The notes under the pieces: generated by a model
The model's database searches: none
What the model saw: only the letters and a program-made list of their open reading frames with translations
Told to the model about the DNA's origin: nothing
Origin: Sminthopsis crassicaudata
Taxonomy: Eukaryota
Assembly: GCF_048593235.1 (NCBI RefSeq)
Contig: NC_133617.1
Coordinates: 488,292,958 to 488,356,957, forward strand
Length of the DNA: 64,000 nt
Reading direction: 5' to 3'
Shown: positions 1 through 13,385 of the stretch, piece after piece
Position numbering within the stretch: the stretch's first letter is position 1
How the letters are laid out: each line of letters opens with the position of its first letter
Made by a program: the position numbers and the translations under genes

Positions 1-2709
1 GTTTCCAAAATCTTAGTGCAGTTTTAAGCCTTAATAAAATCAAAATATAAATGCTATAAACACAAAAAGCTGAAAGGGTAAATATGTAAAAGTTTTAAAT
101 ATTGATATATTTCTTATTAAAATTCAACATAACTAATGTCTTGGGCTATACATTGCTCTACTCAATTTCAGAACTCTATAAAAATTTTCATCTGTTGCTG
201 TTCAATGACTGAAAGGATTTCATTTGCAATATTAACCTTTGGATGACATGATGGTATACTTAGAGAACCCCAAAGACTCTGCTAAAAAGCTATTAGAAAT
301 AATTCAGAATTTTAGCAAAGTCGCAGGATACAAAATAAATCCACATAAATCCTCAGGATTTTTATACATTACCAACACAATCCAACAGCAAGAGATACAA
401 AGAGAAATTCCATTCAAAATAACAGTCGATAGTATAAAATATTTGGGAATATATCTACCAAAGGAGAGTCAGGAATTATATGAGCAAAACTATAAAACAC
501 TTGCCACAAAAATAAAGTCAGATTTAAATAATTGGAAAGACATTCAGTGTTCTTGGATAGGCCGAGCGAATATAATAAAGATGACAATACTCCCCAAACT
601 AATCTATTTATTTAGTGCTATACCAATCAGACTCCCAAGAAACTATTTTAATGACCTAGAAAAAATAACAACAAAATTCATATGGAAGAATAAAAGGTCG
701 AGAATTGCAAGGGAACTAATGAAAAAAAAGTCAGAGGAAGGTGGTCTAAGTGTATTTGATTTAAAGCTATATTATAAAGCAACAGTCACCAAAACCATTT
801 GGTATTGGCTAAGAAATAGACTAGTTGATCAGTGGCATAGGTTAGGTTCACAGGGCAAGATAGTGAATAAAAATAGCAATCTAATCTTTGACAAACCCAA
901 AGATCCCAAATTTTGGGATAAGAATTCATTATTTGACAAAAACTGCTGGGAAAACTGGAAATTAGTATGGCAGAAACTAGGCATGGACCCACATTTAACA
1001 CCACATACTAAGATTAGATCAAAATGGGTCCAAGATTTAGGCATAAAGAACGAAATCATAAATAAATTGGAGGAACATGGGATGGTTTACCTCTCAGACT
1101 TGTGGAGGAGGAAGGAGTTTGTGTCCAAGGGAGAACTAGAGACCATTATTGATCACAAAATAGAACATTTTGATTACACCAAATTAAAAAGTTTCTGCAC
1201 AAACAAAACTAATGCAAACAAGATTAGAAGGGAAGTAACAAATTGGGAAAAAATTTTTACAGTTAAAGGTTCTGATAAAGGCCTCATCTCCAAAATATAC
1301 AGAGAATTGACTTTAATTTATAAGAAATCAAGCCATTCTCCAATTGATAAATGGTCAAAGGATATGAACAGACAATTTTCAGATGATGAAATTAAAACTA
1401 TTTCCACTCATATGAGTGTTCCAAATCACTATTGATCAGAGAAATGCAAATTAAGACAACTCTGAGGTATCACTACACACCTGTCAGATTGGCTAAGATG
1501 AGAGGAACAAACAACGATGAATGTTGGAGGGGCTGTGGGAAAACTGGGACACTGATGCATTGTTGGTGGAGTTGTGAAAGAATCCAACCATTCTGGAGAG
1601 CAATCTGGAATTATGCCCAAAAAGTTATCAAAATGTGCATACCCTTTGACCCAGCCATACTACTACTGGGCTTATACCCCAAGGAACTACTAAAGAAGGG
1701 AAAGGGACCTGTATGTGCCAAAATGTTTGTGGCAGCCCTTTTCATAGTGGCTAGAAGCTGGAAGATGAATGGATGTCCATCAATTGGAGAATGGTTGGGT
1801 AAACTATGGTATATGAATGTTATGGAATATTATTGTTCTATAAGAAATGACCAACAGGAGAAATACAGAGAGGCTTGGAGAGACTTACATCAACTGATGC
1901 TGAGTGAAACGAGCAGAACCAGAAGATCATTATACACTTCAACAATGATACTGTACAAGGATGTATGCTGATGGAAGTGGATTTCTTCAACATAGAGAAG
2001 AGCTAATCCAATTCCAATTGATTAATGATGGACAGAACCAGCTACATCCAGAAAAGGAACACTGGGAAATGAATGTAAACTGTTATTTTTACCTTCTGAA
2101 TCCAATTTTTCCTGTGCAACAAAAAATTCGGTTCTACACACATATATTGTATCTAGAATGTACTGTAATATATTTAACATATATAAGACTGCTTGCCATC
2201 TGGGGGAGGGGGTTGGGGGAGGAAGGGAAAAAATCTGAATAGAAGTAAGTGCAAGGGATAATGTAAAATTACCCATGCATATGTACTGTCAAAAAATGTT
2301 ATAATTATAAAATAAAATAAAAATTAAAAAAAAATATTAACCTTTGGATAATCTCAAAAAAAAGTTCTGATACATACGCTGTGGTTTTGACATAACTCCA
2401 CAAGAAAAAAAAATCTAATAAATGATAAATTATTAAATTAGTTAGATTTGGTCAAGCAAGACAATCTCCTCTATTCTACCAGTCTGAGAAAGTATCATCC
2501 AGAAACTGTTACAAAAATGTCATTTGGAAATTTAATTATTTCAGTTTCTCTTAAACTTACTTTGTTTTATAAATATTGAACTATAACACTTTTTATTTTA
2601 ATTTTGACAAGGGTTTCCTGTCATCTGCTTCTTGAGTGTAAGTGTATGGCATTTATACTACTGAACTTACTAAAAATTTAAATTACACTAAGATTTTTGA
2701 GATAACCTA
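1..2709. mobile_element. Probable Tc1/mariner-type non-autonomous DNA transposon (TIR pair), left end cut by the window edge, interrupted by an L1
   Basis: aaaatcttagtg (7..18) and cactaagatttt (2686..2697) are perfect inverted copies with further imperfect pairing on both sides. They resemble a marsupial mariner-like MITE terminus as I recall it. A TA lies at 2708..2709. Confidence 0.5.
245..2332 (+). mobile_element. Young 5'-truncated LINE-1 (ORF2 C-terminal half, 3'UTR, A-rich tail)
   Basis: ORFs 239..1435 and 1432..1971 are L1 ORF2 (DDMMVYLENP, KYLGI, CWRGCG..HCWW..C), joined by one frameshift near 1415. The tail is A-rich. A 17-bp TSD aatattaacctttggat lies at 228..244 and 2333..2349. 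Confidence 0.95.
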
Positions 2710-2907
2710 TGTAAAAAAATGAAATGGTCCTTATGTTCAAATAATTTCTATTCTAATGGGGGATAAAATAAGACAGATTCTTAGAGAAGCAACTCTGAGT
2801 CCCAAAGATGTATGCAAATTCCAGAAATTGATAAAAGTCCCATACATAAGGATTCCTCTAACAAACAACAGGCTTCTATCATTCTAAGCAGAAAAAGCAG
2901 GCAAAGC

Positions 2908-3035
2908 AGTTTCTCTCTCTTTCCTTCCCTCCCGTCCTCTCCCTCTCCCTTTTCCTCTTCCCCTCTTTTCTTCTCCTTTTCCCTCTCCCCCTCTCCCTTC
3001 CCCTCTCTTCTACCTCTCCATCAACCTTCCATCTT
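2908..3035. repeat. CT-rich low-complexity tract
   Basis: Almost pure pyrimidine run (tctccc/ttccc units). Confidence 0.85.
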
Positions 3036-5896
3036 TTGAATAGGGATCCTGGCACCAATCAATCAGTTGATGTCAACAACTATTTTGTTAGGCATTGGGG
3101 GGACAAATACAAAATTAAATACATCTTGCCCTGAAGAATTTTAAATATGAGGAAAACAAGTATATTTATGACTAGTAATAAGAGATCACTCAGTTGGGCC
3201 CACAGGGAACACTCCCTACCTGTATCCAATTATTGTTAACCCTTACCCTGATATCACAGGGACAATGCTAATTATGGCTTACAAGTATAGTGATTCATTA
3301 TATATACCCTTTGATCTAGCAATGCCATTAGTAGTTCCTTGCTCCAAAGATAAGGAAGAAAGAGGAAAAGAACTGACAAGTGCTTTTTCTTAATATAATT
3401 TGTGGCAAAGAAATGGAAATTTAGAGGAATGGCTAAACAAATTATGGTATAGGAACATAATAGGATATTATTTTGTTCTAAATGATGGAGAGTGTCAGAG
3501 AAACCGGGAAAGACTTCCACAATAACAACAGATTTTTGTTAATTGAAAACAAATTTAAAACCAAATCTAGAAATTTAAAGTACAGTATGAATTTAGTATG
3601 ATAGAGGTAATTAATTTCTACTCACAAGAATGAATACTAAAGCATACAAGAACAGTGCACAATAACAGAATGATTAAAACAGAATTCAGTAACTTATCTG
3701 ATAACTAGTTATAGGTAAGTCAATATTTAAACCTTTTTGAGACATAAAACAATTTTGTAACACTACTAACAAATTACATTTCACCTTGACTGATGAAAAT
3801 TCAAACAAACAGCTAAGCTTGGGTCCATCTTCTTTTTGGTGGCTATATTCTGATACAGAAGTTTCTCTTGGGACCAGCCCACTAGCAAATCTTTAGATCT
3901 TTTGAATTCATAAAGTCATCTCTTCAAGGAAAGGAAACACTAAAGAGGCAAGGACTTCCAAGGTCCTAGATGTAAGTTATTTTAATTGCAGCCCTAAGGT
4001 ACTAGATGCCTGGTTGATAGAACACCATAAGAGACCTTTTCTTTTCCTATCTCTCATTTTAATTATACCTTGCCCACCTGAAGAATCACAGCCAAAACCC
4101 CCCAAGCTTGAGCTGTTTTTTTTTTCTTTTAATAGATCCACTCTGCCTTCATGAAGTAGAGGAAAGACCAAAAAACTTTCCAAATCACTATAAAATGCCA
4201 GCTTCATTCAGCAGTTAGTGAGTCACCACCACATGGACAGACACAGCCCCAAAATTTCTACATGGTTATCCAAAAGTAAGCAAATAATGTCTATGTATGT
4301 TCTGAACAATCACATTATAATATACATTAATAAGCATATACAAAATATATACAAAGTAAGGGGGTAGAAAGGAGGCACAGAAAAGTCTTACATAGAAGAT
4401 GGTACAACTTTGAAAGAAACTGGGAATTTATACTTTATGAGAAAATTAGGCTTTTTTGGTGAATTCGGTGGGAGGAGGAGTGGGAAACAATAGGGAAGAA
4501 GATTCTCCTGGCAGTTTTGAAATTGAAACCTCCTACAGTACTCGTTAAAAAACAAACAATAATTAAGCACCCACTAGGTTCAAAGCTCTAAAGTAGGTAC
4601 TTCTAGATAAACCAAACACAGGGACCTTTATGGGCAAACTTACTTTATGTAAAATGTGACTATTTATTGCTCATATTTGCATTAATATCTTTTTTTCCCC
4701 TCAGTGGCTATAACCCAGGGAAGAAAGGCTCTGAGAGGGAGAGCATTCTGGACAGATAGGAATATGAAGACATACTTAGAGCAGTTGAAGGTTAAATTCT
4801 CAAATCTTAGAATACCCACCCCCCTCATCTCAGCTTCCTGGCTTCCTTTAAGACACAGCTCAACTTCTGTTTTCTGTAGGAGGCCTTTCCATGCCTTCTG
4901 CACCCAACAGTATCTTCCCTCTGAGATTACCTTTCACTTATACTGCACATATTTTGTATGTACATAGTTATTTACATGTACACTTCTTGGGGACAGGAAC
5001 TGGGGTTTTGTCTTTTTTTTGATTAGCATAGTGCATGGCATATGGTAAGCAATAGTAAGAACTAAATACTTGACTGACCCCCTATTACCTCTAAAAATCA
5101 TCCCATTTATGAGTTTGTGTCTCTTACACACAATTGGATACTTAGATCTAACTCCATTATTTCTTTCTTCCATTAGTACATATCAAAATTTTTCCATGCC
5201 TTCTCATCTGGAATGATTCTCTTTCTCTTATGTTTTGTTTTTCTGGGATGCTCCAGTTTACCTGCAGACTCATTTTCTCTTTAGCAGATGTTCCCTGTCT
5301 TTCTGAAACTCTGAACAAAAAAATTTGTACTCCAAATCTATATTGCCTTTGATAGCTATGTCTCATTTAAAAAAAATTTTCAATAGTATGTTATTTTATC
5401 AAATATATGTAAAGATAGTTTTCAACATTCATTTTTTTAAGACTTTGTGTTCCAAATTTTTCTAACTCCTTCCCTTATTCCCTCCCCCCAAGAAAGCAGT
5501 AATCTAATATAGGTTAAATATGTGCAATTCTTTTAAACATATTTCCATATTTACCATGCATGTCTCTCCTTATCAAGGGGATCTAGGAATTAGTTGGACT
5601 TTCTTGGTTCTTCTGTTTCTTTATAGTAATAACTTTTACATTCAATAAACACTTTAATAAAGCTAATCAAACTGTGTCATTGCTTTTATCCATTCTCCAT
5701 TTTTCAGAGTTGAAAGTTAATTTTTAAGAGATGAGGTTAAATTCAATGTATACACACGTTCTCTTCATCATTAGCCTTCCATTTAATTTAATATTTTACT
5801 TTGCTCTACCCAACTTGTGGTCTGACTGTAGAACCATTTCTGAAAAGATTCATGCACTCATAAACAATCATTTCCTTTCTGTTAAGGTAGTCAATT

Positions 5897-6513
5897 TGAT
5901 GAGGTGTAAATGATGAGGTTAGTGATAGTGAAGAAGTGCAAGAATTGGGATGGGGAATCCCACTGGTCTGGTTGGTGCAGATCCAATGCGAAAGAATTCA
6001 CAAACCGGAAATCTGTATGGCAAAAGAGGAATTTTATTGTTCACTAAGAAGGAAGCTTTCTTATCAGGTAAAACTCCTCATTAGGAATTTGGCAATAAGA
6101 AATCAGTTTTGCTAGGAAGACAGACTTCTTAATTTCAAGGTCCTGTCAGGAAAGCAACAAAGGTTAACACTGAAAAGAGAATATCCCCATAGTGGGCAAA
6201 AGTCCTGGCAGGCAGCTTTGTCAAGGCAGCTTCTTTGGCAAGCATAATCCTGTTTAGGACTTCTGCAAAGATTCGGGGTTCAGTTTTTTGGGCTTCAATG
6301 TTCCAGACCTATATTTCCAGTTAAAAAAGAGATTACTTATTCGAGCCACTCAATAGGATTATCAGGCCCAGATCTCCAACTGAATGAGACCACTTTACTT
6401 GGAGAAGGTGTTGTCTGGGTAAGGTATGCCTTTCCCAGGGGAGAGCTTGAGACCCCAAATCCTCCTTTTTCTGCAGATTAAAGGGGACACAGTTTCAGGG
6501 TTCACCTCCATCA
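5897..6513 (-). mobile_element. Solo LTR (ERV1-like)
   Basis: Termini TGATGAGG...CCTCCATCA, 4-bp TSD AATT (5893..5896 and 6514..6517), and a TTTATT (minus-strand AATAAA) near 6033. Confidence 0.75.
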
Positions 6514-7959
6514 AATTCATTCAAGATAGTGTATTCTGTGCTTCTCTGATTTAGTTTTTCAAAAAGTATTCCTATTATGAGGTTACACACTCAGCAACAA
6601 AAAGTCTTTGGTCTTTATCAGCACTAACCTAAATTTACCATCATACTTTACATTGTCCTCTCTTCTATGCTTTATTTTACATTGAGCTAATCAAGGTATG
6701 TGTTAACAGGCATATCAATATAATAAAAATGCTAAGAGTTTAGACAAGAATTTTCTTAATGTGGGAGTTGATGCAATGAAAATGACTCTCAAATTTGTTT
6801 GCTAGTGTGGTATAGAAAGGCAGGCATCGAAAGCCATCATTCAATAACTGGCTCTGTGTCCTCAAGCAGATCATTTGGTATCCCTGGGTCACCATTTATC
6901 CATCTTCAAAGTGAGAATAATAATATCCATACTATTATCCTGTGAGGTAGCTCAAAGACCAAATTAAATGTTTGAGGAAAAAATGAGATATTTCTAAAGC
7001 ACTTTACAAGCCTTAAAGTGCTATACAAATGGTATTATCATTGTTTATAAGCTACTATTTAAATTCAAATATCTATTCTTAAAAATGCCTTCTATATGAA
7101 TCCTTTGCTGATGCTTCCAGCTGCCAGTACTAGCTATTTAGTTTTCACTTGTTTCTGACCTGATTTTGAGGTTTTCTTGCTAAAAATAATAGTTTGCTAC
7201 TTCCTTCTCAAGTTTATTTTTCGAAGAGATTGAGGTAAACAGAATTAAGTGATTTACCCAGGGCCACACTGCTAGTGTCTGAGACCAGATTTGAACTCAG
7301 CAAGAAAAGCACTCCTAATTCAAAACCCAGTACTTAATCCATTGCACTACCTAGCTGCTATACTGGGTATCTCTGCAAAAACATTCCCTTATAATTATAT
7401 ATACTGTGATGTATAAGTTTGATTTCTGGATAATCACTTTGTTAATTATGACTATAGCAAATAATAAAGATGGCTATTTTGTAAACCAAAAATGTTATCA
7501 TGGAGGTCTCTAGACAAGTTTATATGTCTTAGGAAAAGTTGATGCTCCTGACAGGAGGCAGTCAACTCTTGATTAATTAAAATATTAAAAGAGGTAGGCC
7601 TATTCTAATGAGGGTTGGGGGGTAGGGAGAGGTTGTGACTTTGATTACATCACTCTTACTCCCAGACAGCCAGGTCAATTTAGACAAAGGATCTACTCCC
7701 TCCCCCAATCCCACCCCATCTAAACCTGAATAGAACACAATGGGTCTGGAATTCACCTAGATTAAATTCTTTTTACTCCTTAATCAGAACTAATCTTCCC
7801 TGCTGGATGGGGTCTGAACTAGATCAGGAGAATCCAGCCTCATCATCAGCCCCATTCTTCAGTCTGATTTATCTAGTAGAGAATGAGGAAAGAGGAAAAG
7901 AAAAAAAAAATCTTCCCAATATTAATTATTAATGTGAAATACTCTTTTAGACTTTAAAA

Positions 7960-8900
7960 ATAGCTTTTAATTTTCAAAATATATGCAAAGATAAGTTTTC
8001 AACATTCACCCTTACAAAACCTTGTGTTCCAAATTTTTTTCTTTTCTCCCACCTCCTCCCCTAGATGGCAAGTAATCCAATATAATTAAACATGTGCAAT
8101 TCTTCTATACATATTTCCACATTTATAATGCTGCACAAGAAAAATCAGATCAAAAAGGAAAAAAATGAAAAAGCAATTAGCAAACAACAAAAAAGATTTT
8201 TTGTGATCCCCATTTCAGTCCCCACAGTCCTCTCTCAGGATGCAGATAGCTCTTTCTATCACAAGACTATTGGAACTGACCTGAAATCACCTCATTGATG
8301 AAAAGAGTCAAGTCCACCGGAATTGAATATCACATATTTTTGTTGCTGTGTACAATGTTCTCTTGGTTCTACTCACTCAGCATCAGTTCATATAAGTCTC
8401 TCCAGGTTTCTCTGAAATCATCCCGCTGATCATTATTTACAGAACAATATTCCATAACATTCATACACCACAACTTATTCAGCCATTCTCCAATTGATGG
8501 ACATACAATTTCCAGTTCCTTGCCACCACAAAAAGGTGCTACAAACATTTTTGCACATGTGGATCCTTTTCCCTTTTTATCTTTTGGGGACACAGGCCCA
8601 ATAGACACACTGCTGAATCAAAGTATGCAGAGTCTGATAGCCTTTGGGCATACTTCCAAAGTTCTCTACAGAATGATTGGATCAGTTTACAACTCCAACA
8701 TTGTATTAGTGGTCCAGTTTTCCCACATCCCCTCCAACATTTGCATTTATCTTTTCCTGTCATTTTAATTAAAGTTGTATAGTGATACCTCAGATTTGTT
8801 ATAATTTGCATCTCTCTGATGAATGGTGATTTAGAGCATTTTTAAATTTCAACTGAAAATTGTTCATATCCTTAGACCATTTATCACTTGGAGAATGGCT
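7960..8900 (-). mobile_element. Old L1 3' fragment (ORF2 end and 3'UTR)
   Basis: Minus ORFs 8539..8811 and 8369..8608 show decayed L1 C-terminal motifs ([21 protein letters not shown]). Confidence 0.9.
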
Positions 8901-9079
8901 TGGGAAATACTCATTTTTTCCCAATCAATTTGTGGCATATACTATTTACTCTCACTTTCCGACAGGTTGAGTTTCCTCAAAGCTTTATGGTTAACCTTGA
9001 GGGACTCAAGGAAGCATGTCCCAGTGCTCAGTGCTTCCCACATTCTTTGCCTCAGCTTCTACCTAGTCTTGATCACTGA

Positions 9080-9275
9080 ATAGGTACAGCCTCAGTCAAA
9101 TGGAGATCTGTTGAAGACCTTAACTTAAAAAAGGCCAAGATCTCCCACTGAATCAAGGGCTATCTCCAATTATACTGATCTGTCTATTGGACCTTGATGG
9201 CTCTGGTAAAGTGAGGCACAGATCCTTCCTCACTTAAACCCAATTCACTAGCACATCACAAAACCACTTTCCCAA
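9080..9275 (+). mobile_element. MAR1/RTE-related SINE fragment
   Basis: Resembles the marsupial SINE motif cctcagtcaaa...gaccttaacttaaaaaaggccaag...tctcccact...gggc(t)atctcca. Confidence 0.6.
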
Positions 9276-9479
9276 AGTCTGACATTCTCCCACAAATACA
9301 TTAGGCAAAAGCACTTAGAACTCAAGCTATGAGAACATATATGAAAACAGGTAACTCACACTTCCTAGAAGTCTTTTTGCTACAATCTTTAAGATGTTCC
9401 CTTTAGGTAGGCAAAACTTTTGCTGGTGTTCTTATAGGGCCTCAAAGATGTTTTTCCTCGTCTTGGTCAGTTTGCCCAA

Positions 9480-10440
9480 TCTTCCCAATGCAGACCATAA
9501 GCATTTAAGCATTGTCCTTGATTCTTCTCTCTCACACACATCTCACACTATTCAATCTGTTCTCTTGGACACTTTTACCTATGTTACTGATATGTCTTCT
9601 ACTACCACCTTGATCAGGCCCTCATCACCCAATACCTGGACTGTTCCAACAAGACTGATAGTTGGTTTCAAGTCTCTCCCCACTCCACTTTATTATCCTT
9701 GCAGCTGTCAAATTGAACTTCCTACAAAGCACAAGTTTGACCATGCCACTCCCCTTTTCAATAACCTCTAGGCACTTTCTATCCCAAGATTAAATGCAAA
9801 ATCTTTTATTTGGCTTTTAGAGCCTCCCATAATCTGATTTCTTCCTACCTTTCAAGTTTTTACATATTTTATTCCCTTTTATACAATTTGTGATCGCAGG
9901 ACACTGGGATTCTTGCAAGACTATTCTGTCTCCTGATTGCAGATATGTTTTTTTTTAATACCTGGAAAGCTCTATCTCATCTCTGTATCTTGGTTTCTCT
10001 GGATTCCTTCAAGTCTCTATTAAAATCTCACCATCAGGGTAGCTAGGTGGCGCAGTGGATAGCGCACCAACCTTGAATTCAGGAGGACCTGAGTTCAAAT
10101 TTATCTCAGACACTTAACATTTCCTAGCTGTGTGACCCTGGGCAAGTCACTTAACCCCAGCCTCAGGGGAAAAAATAAAATAAAATCTCACCATCTCCAA
10201 GAAACCTTTCCCAGTTGTCCTCAATTTTAGTGTCTTACCACTGTTTTCTAGTTTATCCTCTACATATCTTTTTGCATATGGTTGATTGCATGTTGTCTCA
10301 TCCCTACCAGAACATGAGCTCCTTTAGAACAGGGAGTGTCTTTTGCCTTTCTTTGTATTCCTATTACTTAGCACAATGTTTGGCATATAGTAAAGATGTA
10401 ATAAATGCTTATCGACTGATTGCTTACTATGTGTCAGACA
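9480..10440. mobile_element. L2 relic with typical 3' tail, interrupted by a WSINE1-like SINE
   Basis: L2 tail motif cttagcacaatg..tggcatatagta...taataaatgctt at about 10368..10415. Confidence 0.65.
10036..10180 (+). mobile_element. WSINE1-like tRNA-derived SINE
   Basis: Head gggtagctaggtggcgcagtggatag, B-box gagttcaaat, A tail, and a perfect 15-bp TSD taaaatctcaccatc (10021..10035 and 10181..10195). Confidence 0.9.
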
Positions 10441-11306
10441 CTAAAGATGAAAATAGACCAGGCCAAGACTGACAACCATGTTTAGAACCTCAACCTTCAG
10501 CATCTAGAATAAGTACAAAGGTTAAAAGTTAGTGCTGCGGAAGTGACCCAGATAGGAAGCAAAAAGTTGGAAGTGGAGCAGGATGTTCCCAAGTACTGAT
10601 GATTGTTAAATATTATGAATTTTGATGAAATGGTTAAGCCAGAGGGCAGAAAAAACCTAGAATTTCTACTCAGGCTTCTCTGGCTTACTAGTTCAAACTC
10701 TTGAGGTCTAGAACTAAGACCATAGGATTTCTATGTTACTGTTTAGGACCTTTTCCCAAGTACTCCGAAGATAGGAAGCTAGTAAAGAGTTTAGAGAGGC
10801 AGTGGGGTATTAGGCTTCATATGGGGAACACAACCGTTTTCACTGTACTTAATAAACTATTTAACCACATGTTGGTTGCCTAAATCTAGTAATTATGGAA
10901 TAGCATTCAGCAGAGAGGAAAGCCCAGAAGTGGAGAAAGAACCAGTTTTTCTCCTATTTTTAAGAAGCATTTTATCATCCTCTAGTTCAGAGATTGTTAA
11001 TTATTTGTACTGTGGGTTCCTTTTGGCAATCTGGTGAAGCCTGTGCACCCATCATCAAAAAAATATTTTCAAATAATTGAAGTGTTAAATTTACTTGGTG
11101 AATGGAAATAAAATTGTAACCCTTCACTCCCATCCACATACCTCTTCATCCCTCTGACTTCTATCCCTGGACATCCCCCTCCCAACTTAGGTTAAAAACC
11201 CTTGCTCTCCTCTAAATTTAGAACTGGGACAGCTAATCTGAGCTCAGTGGCTCCTGCATGCATGAGAGCCTTGGAATCAACCATTTGGCTGGTGGCTTGA
11301 AAACAA

Positions 11307-11320
11307 TGCCACCTGGTGTA
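11307..11320 (-). promoter_or_regulatory. Candidate CTCF site
   Basis: The minus strand reads ACACCAGGTGGCA, one mismatch from the CCACCAGGTGGCA core. Confidence 0.45.
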
Positions 11321-12539
11321 CAACTGGAACATTATGTCAGTTCACTGGACAAAATAGACACACACATAACCAACTTCTAAGAAGGCAGCACTAGAACTGC
11401 TTGCAAGTATCTTTAGTGTCATTCATATATCCCAATGTGACACAAAGTTTGGGTTAAGCCCCACATAAAAGGTCCAGTGTTTCCACTAGGCAAGGAAAAT
11501 CAGTGAGGGCTTCATGGAGGAGGAAACTGGACTTGAGATGGTTCCTGAATGACAGAATCCAAATGGGCAGAAAGGAGAAAGCCTTTGTTGGATGGGGGAA
11601 GAGATGGGAACTGGGCAAGTAACCTTGCTTGGGAAGCAGATGTCCTAAGGTAGGAAAAGTTTCTGAACTACTGGCAGTTCAGGCTTTTCTTACAAAAGCT
11701 GTCTTGATTCCAGAGTTGGGTAGTGCTCCTTTTTATACTTCCCTAATCCCTTCCAGTTCATATTTCCTTGTCTACATACTGTATCTCTCAGTAAAATATA
11801 TTCTCTTTGAAGACACATTGTTTAATATTTATCTTTGAATTCTTAGCCTTACCAATAAGGTTACTCATGCTAGGTACTTAATTAAGTTTTTTTTTTTTTT
11901 TAAATTGCCCTCACCCTAGACATTTTAAGTATCTGAAAAACCATCTTGGCCTATCTATCGACAGAAGAAAAATTTATCCTCAATGATGGAGGTTGGAAGT
12001 ATGCCAGAGTCTAGATGTCCCCAGGGTGCAAGGGATGGGGATGGCCATGTTAAAAGTTTCCTGGGAAGGGGCCATGGTGAAAACCCTCACTGAGGGCCTG
12101 ACGCAGCCCCAGGGGGGGAGAGAAAAGACTAGTTCCATGCTCTCTTACCCTGTCTGGAACTTTCCAGAGCCTCACACTATCTCCTCTGGCTCTAGCCTGG
12201 TGCATTATGGGCTGGTTCACACTGTTCTAGTATTACCAACAGCCTGACCACCCTCCCCCACACATAAGAACTTGTTCACCCAGAGAACAATCCTTAACCA
12301 TCAATATCTGGCACTGGAATAAATTTCAAAACTTAGTTTATCTGAAGTTCCGCCTATTATCTCCTCTTCTTAATGATACTTGTCTAAGAACCCACCCACT
12401 AATCCCCCCCCCAAAAAAAAAAACGAAACAAGGCAGGGCTGACATCCCCTCCCTTCTCCCCTAGTTTCAGGGAGCCAACTGCTGGGGGGTAAATGGAAAG
12501 CCAGTATTCTCCCGGTGTCTCTGGGGGTCCGCCGCAGCA

Positions 12540-13280
12540 CTCCCTTTGTCCCTGGTTTTCTTCCCTGCCTCTGTTTCTGGGGTCCCCGTCTCTCTCTCTG
12601 TGACTCAGGGTCTGCTTTCGGATTGGTTCCTTCCCTGACTGTAGCTCAGTTCCCGGGCGCTATCTGCTTTCTTATCTCCTTTGTCTGGCGCGTCTCCGGG
12701 GCGGACAGCCTCCGTCTCGGCTTCCTGTCTCCCTTTGTCTCTGCCCTCCCCTGCCAGTTTCTGTCTCTCTCGCTCTCATCTCCCTCACCCTTTGTCTCTG
12801 TCTCTGAGCTCCACCCCCTTCCTCCTGCCCCATGTCTCGTCTCGGTTTCCCCGTCTCTGTCTCCTCCCTTTGTCTGTCTCTGCCCAGCCTCTCCTTCCCC
12901 TGGATCTCTAGTTTTCCCCACTACCTCTCGGTCTCTATCGCGACCCTGCCTCATCTCGGCTAGGGTCCGTCCGTCCGTCTCCTCAAAGCCCCTCCCCCTC
13001 CCTCTCGTCCTGGGTCTCGGGCTCGTCTCCTTTGTCTCTGCCTCCCTCCCCTTCCCCGGTATCTCCTGCGCCCCATCCTTATCTCCCTCGATTCTCCTCC
13101 TCCTTCTTCCCCCACACCGCCTATCTCTCAGTCTCCGTCTCCTTTTGTCTCTTTCCTCTCAGTTTCCCCTACAGTCTCCCAGTTCGTGTCCCTCTCCCTT
13201 GGTCTCCCTGTCTCTTCCGTGTCTCTGCTTCTTTCTCTTTCTCTGGGTCAGGGTCTTTTGGCCCCGGCCTGCCTGCCGGT
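12540..13280. repeat. About 700-bp pyrimidine-rich (TCTC/TGTC) low-complexity tract upstream of the ZNF48 promoter
   Basis: Strong C/T skew on the plus strand. It explains the spurious ORF 12515..13810. Confidence 0.8.
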
Positions 13281-13330
13281 GCACCTGGAGGGGCAGAGCC
13301 AGACGGAGAGATCTTAGGAGAGGTCCCCTC

Positions 13331-13385
13331 TCTACCTTATCCTACCCTACCCTATCCTACCCTACCTTACCCTACCCTACCCTAC
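13331..13385. repeat. (CCTAC)n pentanucleotide repeat, 11 units
   Basis: tctac cttat cctac cctac cctat cctac cctac cttac cctac cctac cctac. Confidence 0.95.

Noticed and set aside
3510-4680. AT-rich unique-looking block, possibly a retrocopied 3'UTR
   Set aside because: No TSD, poly(A) or recognisable coding remnant could be established.
1-12400. SEPTIN1 exons expected upstream of ZNF48 by human synteny
   Set aside because: No septin-like peptide was recognised on the minus strand. The gene is probably outside the window.
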